64,000 bases of DNA, taken from contig RPOR01000005.1 of assembly GCA_003820645.1 (NCBI GenBank), positions 364 to 64,363 of the forward strand, read 5' to 3'. Position numbers and translations under genes: made by a program. The stretch's first letter is position 1. The number at the start of each line of letters is the position of its first letter. The DNA is from Betaproteobacteria bacterium (lineage in GTDB: Bacteria; Pseudomonadota; Gammaproteobacteria; Burkholderiales; SG8-41). The notes beneath the pieces are model-generated. The model was not told the DNA's origin. It saw only the letters and a list, made by a program, of their open reading frames with translations, and did no database searches. Positions 28,582-38,069 of this stretch are shown here, one piece after another.

Positions 28582-29397
28582 TCAGTGGTGCTCATGCGCC
28601 ATCGCGATGTACACGCAGGAGAGCACCATGAAAATGAAAGCCTGTAGCAGGATGATCAGAATATGAAAAACGCCCCACGCCCAGTACAGCACGCCCGCAG
28701 CGGCGCCCGCCATGATTCCGCCGGTGGACACGGCGGCGAGAGTGCCCAACAGGCCCAGCAACATGAAAATCAGCTCGCCTGCATACATGTTCCCGAACAG
28801 CCGCATGGCCAGCGAGACCGGCTTGGCCAGATACTCGATGAGATTCAGCACCAGGTTCGGAATCCACAGCAGCGGGTTGCCGCCGAATGGTGCCGTGAAC
28901 AGTTCATGCACGAATCCGCCGGCGCCCTTGGCCTTGAAGCTGAAGAAAATGGTCAGCAGGAAAATCGTCAGCGACATCGCAAACGTGGTGTTCAGGTCTG
29001 TGGTCGGCACGGCTTTCCAAGCATGCAGCCCGGTAGCCCCGGTGGCCGTTGCGATCCAGTCGATCGGCAGCAGATCCATCAGATTCATCATGAACACCCA
29101 GACAAAAATCGTCAGGGCCAGCGGCGCGAGAAATTTCCGGTCGCCGGGAAATACACCTTTGACGGTATCGTCGATGAATTCGACGATCAGTTCAATGAAC
29201 CCCTGCACCGGACCAGGAACGCCGGCCGTCGCGCGGCGGGCCACCAGATAGAAAGCACCCAAACCGATCACGCCGGTAAACCATCCCATCAAAATGGTAT
29301 CGAGATGAAAGGTCCAGAACCCTTCGCCAACCTGCAGGTTGGTTAGATGGTGGGCAATATATTCGCCCGCATTCTGGGGCGCTTGACCGGCTGCCAT
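28582..29397 (-). CDS. atpB: Fo ATP synthase subunit a
   Basis: 271 aa, polytopic membrane protein with the conserved LSLAMRLFGNMYAGE motif. Confidence 0.94.
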   Translation of the reverse strand: MAAGQAPQNAGEYIAHHLTNLQVGEGFWTFHLDTILMGWFTGVIGLGAFYLVARRATAGVPGPVQGFIELIVEFIDDTVKGVFPGDRKFLAPLALTIFVWVFMMNLMDLLPIDWIATATGATGLHAWKAVPTTDLNTTFAMSLTIFLLTIFFSFKAKGAGGFVHELFTAPFGGNPLLWIPNLVLNLIEYLAKPVSLAMRLFGNMYAGELIFMLLGLLGTLAAVSTGGIMAGAAAGVLYWAWGVFHILIILLQAFIFMVLSCVYIAMAHEHH

Positions 29398-29421
29398 ATT
29401 AATTGCGATCCATCTGTCTTG

Positions 29422-29766
29422 TTACTTTTTAAATACAATCGCCACAGGAAACGCCATCAGTGCCACGACGAAACCGGCGAGATACGATCCTGCATGGACT
29501 GGATCGGCGCTTATTGCCCAAGCCAGCAAACCGAGCGCAACAACCGCCTTGGCAGCTTCACCCACAACGTGACCCCACAACAGCCGTGGCGCGCTGCGCC
29601 CCGGAACACCGCGCTGGCAAACCCCGTAAGCCAGAGTTCCGCCTAGCGCGCAGCCGCCACCCAGCGCCATCGCCTGTGCGGTCGGCGCCCCGGACCACAG
29701 CCACGAAGTCGTGGTCGCCAGTGTCACCAACGCCAATTGCAAACCCGCAACGGCGGCTACCGTCAC
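29422..29766 (-). CDS. atpI: ATP synthase protein I (AtpI)
   Basis: 114-aa hydrophobic protein immediately upstream of atpB, with a GTG start. The assignment rests mainly on position and hydrophobicity. Confidence 0.7.
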   Translation of the reverse strand: MTVAAVAGLQLALVTLATTTSWLWSGAPTAQAMALGGGCALGGTLAYGVCQRGVPGRSAPRLLWGHVVGEAAKAVVALGLLAWAISADPVHAGSYLAGFVVALMAFPVAIVFKK

Positions 29767-29914
29767 GCGGCCCCCTTTTTTTTGCGGCGCCGCAATCGGA
29801 CCCGGCCACCGTCACGGTCAACGGGCGCTACCGCGCTGCAACAGAGAAGCAAGAAATCCTTTAATTTTACAATGTGCCTTCGCCGCCCGTCAATTTTGGT
29901 CATGGCGGACATGG

Positions 29915-30772
29915 TCATTTCAAACGTGCCAACAACGCCTCCAGCTGATCGAGCGACCGATAGGCAATAACCAGCTTTCCACTGCCTTTGCGACCGCCCG
30001 CCTTGATTTGCACGGTAGTGCCGAGACGGGCTGAAACCTCGTCTTCGAGACGGGCCACATCGCGATCCGGGCGGGCAGGGCGTCGCGACGCCTTTGAATT
30101 CTTGGCAATAGTGAGACCGACGCGACGCTCGACCTCGCGCACTGACCAGCCCTGATTGGCGGCTTCGCGGGCAAGAGCGACCTGTCGCTCCACCGGCAAG
30201 GCCAGCAGTGCCCGCGCATGACCCATTTCAATTTTGCCTTGGGCCAGCAGTTCGCGAACCGGCGATGGAAGGTCCAGCAGGCGCAACAGATTGCTCACTG
30301 CCGCTCGCGACTTGCCGATCGCATCGGCCACCGCTTGGTGGGTCAGGGCAAATTCCTTGATCAGCCGCTCGATACCGCCGGCTTCTTCCAGCGCATTGAG
30401 GTCTTCACGCTGGATATTTTCAATCAGCGCCACTGCCAGGGCCTGCTGATCCGGGACATCGCGAATCAGCACCGGTACGCTCTTCAGTCCGGCGATCCGT
30501 GCTGCCCGCCACCGCCGTTCACCTGCGAGAATTTCATGGTTACCGCCGCCGATCGGGCGCACCAGTATGGGCTGCATGATGCCTTGTGCCTTGATCGATG
30601 CCGCCAGTGCATTCAATGCCTCCTGGTCCATTCTCGACCGCGGCTGGTATTTTCCGGGCTGCAGCGCGGCCACCGGGAGCGTGCCTACCGCGTCGCCACT
30701 GGTGGCAGGCGACGGCGTATCACCGCCAAGCAAGGCATCGAGACCCCGCCCCAAACCTTTAGGCCTGACCAT
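29915..30772 (-). CDS. parB: Chromosome partitioning protein ParB
   Basis: 285 aa with GLGRGLDALL at the N-terminus, the ParB-box region (GERRWRAA ... ENIQREDLN) and an HTH. It is adjacent to parA. Confidence 0.95.
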   Translation of the reverse strand: MVRPKGLGRGLDALLGGDTPSPATSGDAVGTLPVAALQPGKYQPRSRMDQEALNALAASIKAQGIMQPILVRPIGGGNHEILAGERRWRAARIAGLKSVPVLIRDVPDQQALAVALIENIQREDLNALEEAGGIERLIKEFALTHQAVADAIGKSRAAVSNLLRLLDLPSPVRELLAQGKIEMGHARALLALPVERQVALAREAANQGWSVREVERRVGLTIAKNSKASRRPARPDRDVARLEDEVSARLGTTVQIKAGGRKGSGKLVIAYRSLDQLEALLARLK

Positions 30773-30801
30773 AAAAAGTCCTTGTAATCAATATGTTATT
30801 G

Positions 30802-31578
30802 CTATTTTGCAGCGCGATTCAGAATTTCGCCAGCAAGCGCCAAATAGGCTTGGGCACCCTTGGACGCGCGATCGAATGTCAGCGCCGGCAAACCATGACT
30901 CGGCGCCTCGGCCAAGCGCACGTTTCGCGGTATCACCGTGCGATATACCTTGTCGCCAAAATGCTGCAGCAATTGTGCAGAAACCTGTTGCGCCAGCGTA
31001 TTGCGCGGGTCATACATCGTCCGTAGCAGGCCTTCGATCTCGAGGTCGGGATTCAGGTGTTCGCGCACGCGCTTGATCGTGCCAACCAGATCCGACAGCC
31101 CCTCCAGCGCGTAGTACTCGCATTGCATCGGGATCATCACCGCCTGCGCGGCGGTCAAACCGTTGAGCGTCAGCAGATTCAGCGCTGGCGGACAGTCGAT
31201 CAGGATGAATTCATACTCGACGGCAACCTCCTGCAATGCAGTCTTCAGCCGGGTTTCGCGATGCTCGATATCGACCAGTTCGACTTCGGCACCGGCAAGC
31301 TCGCGGTTCGACGGCAGCACGTCGTGTTCCGCATGCGCGGCCCGCTGCCGAACATCAGCCACGCGTTTCTCGCCGAGCAGTACCTGATAAACCGTTGCCG
31401 GCAAACTCCGCTTGTCGATGCCGCAGCCCATGGTCGCATTGCCCTGAGGATCAAGATCCACCAGCAGCACCCGGCGCTGCATCGCCGCGAGACTGGCGGC
31501 GAGATTCACCGCAGTCGTCGTTTTGCCGACGCCGCCTTTCTGATTGGTGATCGCAATGATGCGGGTCATGACCATCAT
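30802..31578 (-). CDS. parA: Chromosome partitioning ATPase ParA (Soj)
   Basis: 258 aa with the deviant Walker A NQKGGVGKTTT. Its start overlaps the rsmG stop. Confidence 0.95.
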   Translation of the reverse strand: MMVMTRIIAITNQKGGVGKTTTAVNLAASLAAMQRRVLLVDLDPQGNATMGCGIDKRSLPATVYQVLLGEKRVADVRQRAAHAEHDVLPSNRELAGAEVELVDIEHRETRLKTALQEVAVEYEFILIDCPPALNLLTLNGLTAAQAVMIPMQCEYYALEGLSDLVGTIKRVREHLNPDLEIEGLLRTMYDPRNTLAQQVSAQLLQHFGDKVYRTVIPRNVRLAEAPSHGLPALTFDRASKGAQAYLALAGEILNRAAK

Positions 31579-32198
31579 GCCGGCTGCAGCAATGCGGCGT
31601 GCCGTTCCGCATCGAGGCCCGGGACGCGCAACGCCACCACATTGCGTAACAGAAAATTATTCGGTATGTGTGCCAGTTCCTCATTTGGATAGATGCCTTT
31701 CATCGCAACCACAACGCCGGTTTTGGCACACAGCCGGCCTGCCAGCGCCAGAAATTCCGGCAAATCCGAAAAGGCGCGTGAGACCACCGTGTCGAACAGA
31801 TGCGGCGGATTCCAGGTTTCGACACGCTCACAGACGACTTCGACATTGTGGAGCTTGAGTTCGATGATGGCCTGGCGCAGGAAGGTGGTTTTCTTGTGAC
31901 TGGCGTCGAGCAATGTGACCTGCCATTCCGTCCGGGCCAGCGCCAATGGAATACCGGGCAGGCCGGCGCCGCTGCCGACGTCAAGCACGTGTTTGCCGCG
32001 AACATGGGGTAGGACCGATAGCGAATCCAGCAAATGATGGGTCAGCATCCTCGCGGGTTCGCGCACCGCCGTCAGGTTATAGGCCTTGTTCCATTTCTCG
32101 ATCAGCGCCAGATAATCAAGCATGCCTTGCTGTGCGTTGACCGCAACTTCCACGCCCAGCGCAGCGATCCCCGCAGCCAGTTCGTCTGCAAGGCTCAT
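31575..32198 (-). CDS. rsmG: 16S rRNA m7G527 methyltransferase RsmG (GidB)
   Basis: 207 aa with the SAM-binding motif [14 protein letters not shown]. It overlaps mnmG and parA by 4 nt on either side. Confidence 0.92.
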   Translation of the reverse strand: MSLADELAAGIAALGVEVAVNAQQGMLDYLALIEKWNKAYNLTAVREPARMLTHHLLDSLSVLPHVRGKHVLDVGSGAGLPGIPLALARTEWQVTLLDASHKKTTFLRQAIIELKLHNVEVVCERVETWNPPHLFDTVVSRAFSDLPEFLALAGRLCAKTGVVVAMKGIYPNEELAHIPNNFLLRNVVALRVPGLDAERHAALLQPA

Positions 32199-34090
32199 GC
32201 GCTTTTTTGGAACGCAGAGGCTGCACGCTTCAGATAGACGAGCAGCACCGAGATTGCTGCCGGGGTCACGCCGGAGATGCGCGAGGCCTGGCCCAGGGTC
32301 TCCGGTTTTGCGCGATTCAGTTTCTGCTGGACCTCGATGGACAAGCCACGAACTTGCGCATAGTCAAGATCCGCGGGCAGTCGCAATTCATCCTGCTGTG
32401 CGCGATGCTCGATTTCCGTACGCTGGCGCTCGATATAGCCTCGATACTTGGCTTGTATTTCCACCTGCTCCGCAACTTGCTCATCGGCCACCCCTGGACC
32501 AGCGCCCGGCAACTGCATCAGCGTGTCGTAGCTTACTTCGGGACGGGATAACAAGTCAGAGAGTGAATACTCACGTTCTATTGTTTTTCCAATTAAATCA
32601 ATGGCTTGTTGTCGTGGAAGGTTTTCGGGATTGATCCACACCGATTTCAGGCGCTCCTGTTCCCGTGCGACAGCATCCCGCTTTCGGGCAAACGCCGCCC
32701 ACCGCTGGTCGTCAACGACACCCAGGCGCCTGCCAGCCTCAGTCAACCGCAGGTCGGCGTTGTCTTCCCGCAATGAAAGCCGGTATTCAGCGCGGCTGGT
32801 AAACATCCGGTAGGGTTCGGAGACGCCGCGGGTAATCAGGTCATCGACCAGCACTCCCAGGTAAGCCTGATCGCGCTTCGGCGACCAAGTGTCCTTTTCC
32901 GTCGCCAGCAGTGCCGCATTAATGCCGGCCAGCAAGCCTTGAGCCGCCGCTTCCTCGTAGCCGGTCGTACCGTTGATCTGTCCCGCAAAGAACAACCCGG
33001 CAATGGCCTTGGTTTCCAGCGAAGTCCGAAGGCCACGGGGATCGAAATAGTCGTACTCGATGGCATAGCCGGGTCGCGTGATATGGGCGTGCTCCAAGCC
33101 TCTGATCGAGCGCACGACCGCAAGCTGGACGTCAAACGGCAGGCTGGTCGATATGCCGTTCGGGTAATACTCGGTGACCGTCAACCCCTCGGGCTCAAGG
33201 AAAATCTGGTGCGACGCCTTGTCGGCAAAGCGATGGATCTTGTCTTCGATAGACGGGCAATAACGCGGACCGACGCCTTCGATAACGCCGGTAAACATCG
33301 GCGAGCGGTCAAGCCCGGCGCGGATAGCGGCGTGCGTGCGTTCATTGGTATGGGTGATCCAGCACGGCACCTGCGTCGGATGCTGCCCACGGGTGCCGAG
33401 GAACGAAAACACCGGAGCCGGATCATCGCCGGGCTGCTCGGTGAGTTCGGCAAAGTCAATGGTGCGTCCGTCGATGCGTGGCGGCGTACCCGTTTTCAGC
33501 CGGCCGACGGGCAGCTTCAATTCACGCAGCCGCGCAGCAAGGCTGACCGACGGCGGATCGCCCGCGCGGCCGCCCTGATAATGCTCGAGCCCGACATGAA
33601 TCAGGCCCGACAGGAACGTGCCCGCAGTCAACACCACGGCACGGGACTCGAAACGCAGACCGATCTGGGTAACCACGCCGATAACGCGATCCCCCTGCAC
33701 GATCAGATCGTCCACCGCCTGCTGAAACACCGCCAGATTAGGCTGCTGCTCGATGCGACTGCGAATTGCCTGCCGATAAAGTACACGGTCGGCCTGAGCC
33801 CGGGTCGCCCGAACTGCGGGCCCCTTGCGGGAATTGAGGATCCGGAACTGGATGCCCGCTTCGTCGGTGGCCGCGGCCATCGCACCCCCCAACGCGTCGA
33901 TCTCCTTGACCAGATGCCCCTTGCCAATACCGCCAATCGACGGATTACAGGACATCTGTCCCAAGGTCTCGATACTGTGGGTCAGCAACAGCGTGCGACA
34001 GCCCATGCGTGCGCTGGCCAGCGCCGCTTCCGTACCCGCATGGCCACCACCGATGACAATTACATCAAATTTTTCAGGGTATTGCGTCAT
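32195..34090 (-). CDS. mnmG: tRNA uridine-5-carboxymethylaminomethyl modification enzyme MnmG (GidA)
   Basis: 631 aa with the FAD motif [16 protein letters not shown] and a strong GidA-like sequence throughout. Confidence 0.96.
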   Translation of the reverse strand: MTQYPEKFDVIVIGGGHAGTEAALASARMGCRTLLLTHSIETLGQMSCNPSIGGIGKGHLVKEIDALGGAMAAATDEAGIQFRILNSRKGPAVRATRAQADRVLYRQAIRSRIEQQPNLAVFQQAVDDLIVQGDRVIGVVTQIGLRFESRAVVLTAGTFLSGLIHVGLEHYQGGRAGDPPSVSLAARLRELKLPVGRLKTGTPPRIDGRTIDFAELTEQPGDDPAPVFSFLGTRGQHPTQVPCWITHTNERTHAAIRAGLDRSPMFTGVIEGVGPRYCPSIEDKIHRFADKASHQIFLEPEGLTVTEYYPNGISTSLPFDVQLAVVRSIRGLEHAHITRPGYAIEYDYFDPRGLRTSLETKAIAGLFFAGQINGTTGYEEAAAQGLLAGINAALLATEKDTWSPKRDQAYLGVLVDDLITRGVSEPYRMFTSRAEYRLSLREDNADLRLTEAGRRLGVVDDQRWAAFARKRDAVAREQERLKSVWINPENLPRQQAIDLIGKTIEREYSLSDLLSRPEVSYDTLMQLPGAGPGVADEQVAEQVEIQAKYRGYIERQRTEIEHRAQQDELRLPADLDYAQVRGLSIEVQQKLNRAKPETLGQASRISGVTPAAISVLLVYLKRAASAFQKSA

Positions 34091-34195
34091 TTTTGGCGAA
34101 GGTAACGGGAAATTCCGGGCGACACCGGGACCGGGCGCGCATCATAGCGTAACTTACGGCTGCAGCGAAAGGCTGGCGCTCCGCGGCGCCCCGTA

Positions 34196-34211
34196 GGTTC
34201 CACGTGAAACC
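34196..34211 (+). promoter_or_regulatory. parS centromere-like site 1 (GGTTCCACGTGAAACC)
   Basis: Matches the parS consensus TGTTNCACGTGAAACA at 14/16; only the two outermost bases differ. It lies in the mnmE-mnmG spacer, about 3.4 kb from parAB. Confidence 0.8.
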
Positions 34212-34240
34212 ACCGCCATCCCAATCACCGCAATCGGGGT

Positions 34241-34256
34241 GGTTTCACGTGGAACC
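34241..34256 (-). promoter_or_regulatory. parS centromere-like site 2 (reverse strand GGTTCCACGTGAAACC)
   Basis: Exact inverted copy of site 1, with centres 45 bp apart. Confidence 0.8.
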
Positions 34257-34267
34257 ACAACCCCGGT

Positions 34268-35608
34268 TTACTTGCCGATACAGAATTTCGAGAAGATCTC
34301 GCCCAGCAGATCGTCCGCGGTAAATGCCCCGGTTATGCTGCCCAGCGCCTCATGTGTGAGCCGCAATTCCTCGGCGTACAACTCAAGTCGGTCCGTCAGG
34401 CCTGCAGCAATAGCCAGGTGGCGTTGCGCCTCCTGCAAAGCGGCCACATGGCGGGCTCGCGCTGTGAACAGCCCCTCACCGGCTGGATGCCAGCCCGCCT
34501 GATCCCAGATCGCCTGCTTCAGCAACGTCAGGCCTTCACCGGTCTTCGCCGATATCCATACCCGCTCCTCGTTACCGGCGGATTCCCGGGCGCTTTGCCG
34601 CCCGGCCAGATCGATCTTGTTCATGACGCGTATCCGGCCCAGGCCAGAGGGCAGACGGTCAATGATGGCACGGTCCGCCGCGTCGTCGGCTCCAGCCGCA
34701 TCGGACACCACCAGCGCAAGATCCGCCTTTTCGATCAGGGCCCAGGTCCGGCCGATGCCGATCCGTTCGATGGCGTCGCCGGTTTCCCGCAAACCTGCAG
34801 TGTCGATGATATGCACCGGCATGCCGTCGATATCGATCTGTTCGCGGACGGCATCCCGGGTGGTGCCGGGGATGTCGGTGACAATCGCGACCTCCTCCCC
34901 TGCAAGCCGATTGAGGAGGCTGGACTTGCCGACATTGGGCGCGCCAATCAGCACAGCCTGTATCCCATCACGCAGCAGGCTGCCCTGCCGGGTTGCGGCC
35001 AGCGTTGCATCGACTTCCTGCTGGATCGTCGATAACTTTTCTCGGGCGCGTCCGGATGTCAAAAACTCCACTTCCTCCTCCGGAAAATCCAAGGTCGCCT
35101 CCAGCAACGTGCGCAAACCGATGATTTTCTCTGTAAGTCCTTGTATTAATTTGGAAAAATCACCGCGCAGCGAACCCAACGCTGCACGCGCCGCCAGTGT
35201 CGTCGATGCTTCGATCAGGTCGGCGACGCTTTCGGCCTGTGCAAGATCGATGCGGCCGTTAAGGTAGGCACGCTCGGTAAACTCACCGGGTCTCGCCAGC
35301 CGGGCACCGAGTTCCAGGCAGCGCTGCAGCACCTGTCGCAACACGATCGGTCCGCCGTGCCCCTGCAGTTCGAGCACATCTTCCCCGGTGTAGGAATGCG
35401 GCGCCGCAAAAAACAACGCAAGCCCTTCGTCCAGCGCGTTGCCGGAAGCATCCAGAAACGGCGTCAGGATCGCGCGGCGCACCTCCAGGCGGCGCGATGT
35501 CAGGCCTGCAGCAAATCCTGCAAGTCCCGCCCCGGACACGCGGATTACGCCGATACCACCACGTCCCGGTGCAGTGGCAATTGCCGCAATGATGTCGCGA
35601 TGAATCAT
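34268..35608 (-). CDS. mnmE: tRNA modification GTPase MnmE (TrmE)
   Basis: 447 aa from ATG 35608 (MIHRDIIAAIATAPGRGGIGVIRVSG), with G-domain motifs GAPNVGKSSLLN and DTAGLR and the C-terminal CIGK. The 584-aa ORF-track version runs into yidC and is rejected. Confidence 0.95.
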   Translation of the reverse strand: MIHRDIIAAIATAPGRGGIGVIRVSGAGLAGFAAGLTSRRLEVRRAILTPFLDASGNALDEGLALFFAAPHSYTGEDVLELQGHGGPIVLRQVLQRCLELGARLARPGEFTERAYLNGRIDLAQAESVADLIEASTTLAARAALGSLRGDFSKLIQGLTEKIIGLRTLLEATLDFPEEEVEFLTSGRAREKLSTIQQEVDATLAATRQGSLLRDGIQAVLIGAPNVGKSSLLNRLAGEEVAIVTDIPGTTRDAVREQIDIDGMPVHIIDTAGLRETGDAIERIGIGRTWALIEKADLALVVSDAAGADDAADRAIIDRLPSGLGRIRVMNKIDLAGRQSARESAGNEERVWISAKTGEGLTLLKQAIWDQAGWHPAGEGLFTARARHVAALQEAQRHLAIAAGLTDRLELYAEELRLTHEALGSITGAFTADDLLGEIFSKFCIGK

Positions 35609-35649
35609 GCGCGGCGAGTATAGCGCCGCGCCAACGATCAGACCTGCGT

Positions 35650-37320
35650 TCAAGCCTTGTGTTTGGCCTGTTTTGCCGCGCGTTCCAGCACCGTGGTGAT
35701 GCGCCATTGTTGCGCAATCGAGAGAATGTTGTTTACCAGCCAGTACAACACCAGCCCCGCGGGGAAAAAGAAAAAGAATATGCTGAAGGCGATCGGCATA
35801 ATTTTCATGACCTTCGCTTGCACCGGATCCGGGGGCACTGGATTGAGCTTGGTCTGGATGATCATGGACGCGCCCATCAGGATCGGCAGAATGAACCAGG
35901 GGTCCGGAGACGACAGATCCTTGATCCATAGCGCGAACGGCGCTTGCCTCATTTCGACGCTGCCGAGCAACACCCAATACAACGCGATGAACACGGGAAT
36001 CTGCACCACGATCGGCAGACACCCGCCAAGCGGGTTGATTTTCTCGGTCTTGTACAATTCCATCATGGCCTGCTGCATGCGCTGCCGGTCGTTGCCGTAC
36101 TGGTCTTTCAGGCGTTGCATTTTGGGCGCTACGACGCGCATCTTGGCCATCGAGCGGTAACTGGCTTCGGACAATGGATAGAACAGCAGCTTGATCAGGA
36201 TGGTCAGGATGATGATGGCCACACCCCAGTTACCCGTCCATCCGTGGATCCACTGCAACAGCCAGAACAAAGGCGCGGCAATGACCGTCAGCCAGCCATA
36301 GTCCACTGCCAGGTCCAAGCCTGGTGCCAATGCTGCGAGCTTTTCCTGTTCCTGCGGCCCCGCATATAACGGCATGGCCAGCTTCACGCTTGCGCCCGGG
36401 GCCAGCGTCCCGCCCGGGACAATGACACCGGCTGCGTACAGGTCCTGCGGCACTTGCCGCGTGTAATACTCCCGAGGCGTACCGTCCTTCGGCAACCATG
36501 CCCCCAGAAAATAATGTTGAAGCAGGCCAATCCACCCGTCATTGCCGGTCTTGGGATAGGGAATCTTGCCTTTCTCGATATCACTGAATGCTACTTTTTG
36601 GAATTTCTCCTTCTCCGTGTAGACAGCGGCACCGGTGTAGGTCGGCACCATGGACGAATCGCCTTCTGGCGGCTTCGCATCGCGCACCAACTGGAAGTAG
36701 GCAAAAGTCTCCACCGGCGCGGCACCGGTATTGGTCAGTTCATGCGCAATGTCGATGACGTAGCTGTTCCGGCGGAAACGAAAAATCTTCGCGGCGTTTC
36801 CACCCCCGGCCGCCTCCAGTCTGATTTCCAGTTCGGCCGCATTGTCCGCAAGCCGGTACTCCGTGCCCTGCGCGGTATAGAGGCTTTGGTGATTGGGCAG
36901 ACTGTTCCCGATCCAGCCGGATTGCGCAATATAGACATGATCGCTGGAGCGCGCAAACAACACGAAATTTTTCTTCCGGTCCAGTGTGCCGCCATGCTTA
37001 AGCAGTTCCAGCCTGACCAGATCGCCACCACTGGTGCTGATCTCGGCGCGATAAAGATCGGTCTCAACCTTGATGATCTGCCCACGACCAGAGGTCCCGG
37101 CACTGGGCGGTGCGGCCGGGCCGGGACTCAGCGCAACGACCGGGGCAGCAGGCACACTGACGTCAGGCAATGCCGGCGCGGCGCCAGGGGTCGTGGGGGT
37201 GGGGGTAACTGCGGTTGATACCGCCGTCGTTGCCGGACGCTGGTCGCGCTGCCAGGCCTCATACAGCAGGAACACCGACATCGTGAACACAAAGAAGAGA
37301 ACCAGCCGTTGTGAATCCAT
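35650..37320 (-). CDS. yidC: Membrane protein insertase YidC
   Basis: 556 aa with an N-terminal TM helix, a large periplasmic domain and the C-terminal 60-kDa insertase core (...GGCLPIVVQIPVFIALYWVL...). Confidence 0.95.
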   Translation of the reverse strand: MDSQRLVLFFVFTMSVFLLYEAWQRDQRPATTAVSTAVTPTPTTPGAAPALPDVSVPAAPVVALSPGPAAPPSAGTSGRGQIIKVETDLYRAEISTSGGDLVRLELLKHGGTLDRKKNFVLFARSSDHVYIAQSGWIGNSLPNHQSLYTAQGTEYRLADNAAELEIRLEAAGGGNAAKIFRFRRNSYVIDIAHELTNTGAAPVETFAYFQLVRDAKPPEGDSSMVPTYTGAAVYTEKEKFQKVAFSDIEKGKIPYPKTGNDGWIGLLQHYFLGAWLPKDGTPREYYTRQVPQDLYAAGVIVPGGTLAPGASVKLAMPLYAGPQEQEKLAALAPGLDLAVDYGWLTVIAAPLFWLLQWIHGWTGNWGVAIIILTILIKLLFYPLSEASYRSMAKMRVVAPKMQRLKDQYGNDRQRMQQAMMELYKTEKINPLGGCLPIVVQIPVFIALYWVLLGSVEMRQAPFALWIKDLSSPDPWFILPILMGASMIIQTKLNPVPPDPVQAKVMKIMPIAFSIFFFFFPAGLVLYWLVNNILSIAQQWRITTVLERAAKQAKHKA

Positions 37321-37349
37321 AAGCGTCTTTTCTTCGCCGAGCGCTGCGA

Positions 37350-37688
37350 CTAGGTCCCGCCCGATGTGAGCAGTCCGCGCAACAGCTCCTGCAACTCCTT
37401 GAACAATGCTGCGTTGTCGCGGCTGCGTGGACTATCCCTGAGTTGTACGACGACATCCAGAGCATCAAGCTCGACAGCCAACTGCCGATGCACAATTCTC
37501 ACCAGGCGTCGCACCCTGTTGCGGTCCACTGCCCGGGGCGCCACCTTTTTGCCAACGATCAATCCCAAACGAGGACCTGCCCCGGCATTCGGGAGAGCAC
37601 GGGCCAGAAAACACCTGCTGCCGGTCCGGCGCCCACCAGCGAGCACGGCTTCAAATTGTGCCGGTTTGGTCAGCCGTACCGTACGCAC
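37350..37688 (-). CDS. rnpA: Ribonuclease P protein component
   Basis: 112-aa basic protein with an RNR-motif-like region (KKVAPRAVDRNRVRRLVR), located between rpmH and yidC. The GTG start is uncertain. Confidence 0.85.
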   Translation of the reverse strand: MRTVRLTKPAQFEAVLAGGRRTGSRCFLARALPNAGAGPRLGLIVGKKVAPRAVDRNRVRRLVRIVHRQLAVELDALDVVVQLRDSPRSRDNAALFKELQELLRGLLTSGGT

Positions 37689-37725
37689 AGGTTTGCGGTT
37701 GCAGCAATGGCAACCGCGGTTTTGC

Positions 37726-37860
37726 TCAAACGCTCAGGCGTGTCCGCCCCTTAGCGCGGCGGGCACGGATGACCGCACGTCCGCCACGCGTTTTCATACG
37801 TACACGGAATCCATGGGTACGCTGGCGCCGCGTTTTTGACGGTTGATAGGTGCGCTTCAT
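37726..37860 (-). CDS. rpmH: 50S ribosomal protein L34
   Basis: Not in the ORF track because it is only 44 aa. The reverse-strand translation reads [44 protein letters not shown] followed by a stop, essentially the bacterial L34 consensus. Confidence 0.95.
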   Translation of the reverse strand: MKRTYQPSKTRRQRTHGFRVRMKTRGGRAVIRARRAKGRTRLSV

Positions 37861-38069
37861 GGTCGTTCCTAGATTGGTCTTCGGAAAACCCGGCATTAGA
37901 CCCCGAGCGGGCGCCCTCTGTCAATCCAAAGGCACGTCGAAGCGCTGCTTCCCGCCATTGCCGTACCTCTCGGCAGCCTTTGTTGCGGGCATCAATAAAG
38001 GGTAAAATCAACGGTCAATTTCCCTGTCCGTCTGCCCATCACGTCTGCTGCCCCACACAATAGGGACGA

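Noticed and set aside
34268-36022. 584-aa version of the mnmE ORF given in the ORF track.
   Set aside because: The extra 137 N-terminal residues overlap the yidC 3' end in another frame and look like noise. MnmE homology begins exactly at ATG 35608 (MIHRDIIAAIATAPGRGG), which gives a normal 447-aa protein.
37259-37495. 78-aa minus-strand ORF overlapping the rnpA/yidC junction, considered as a yidD candidate.
   Set aside because: The sequence (MCIGSWLSSLMLW...CSRSCRSCCADCSHR...) lacks the YidD signature, and the ORF overlaps both neighbours out of frame.
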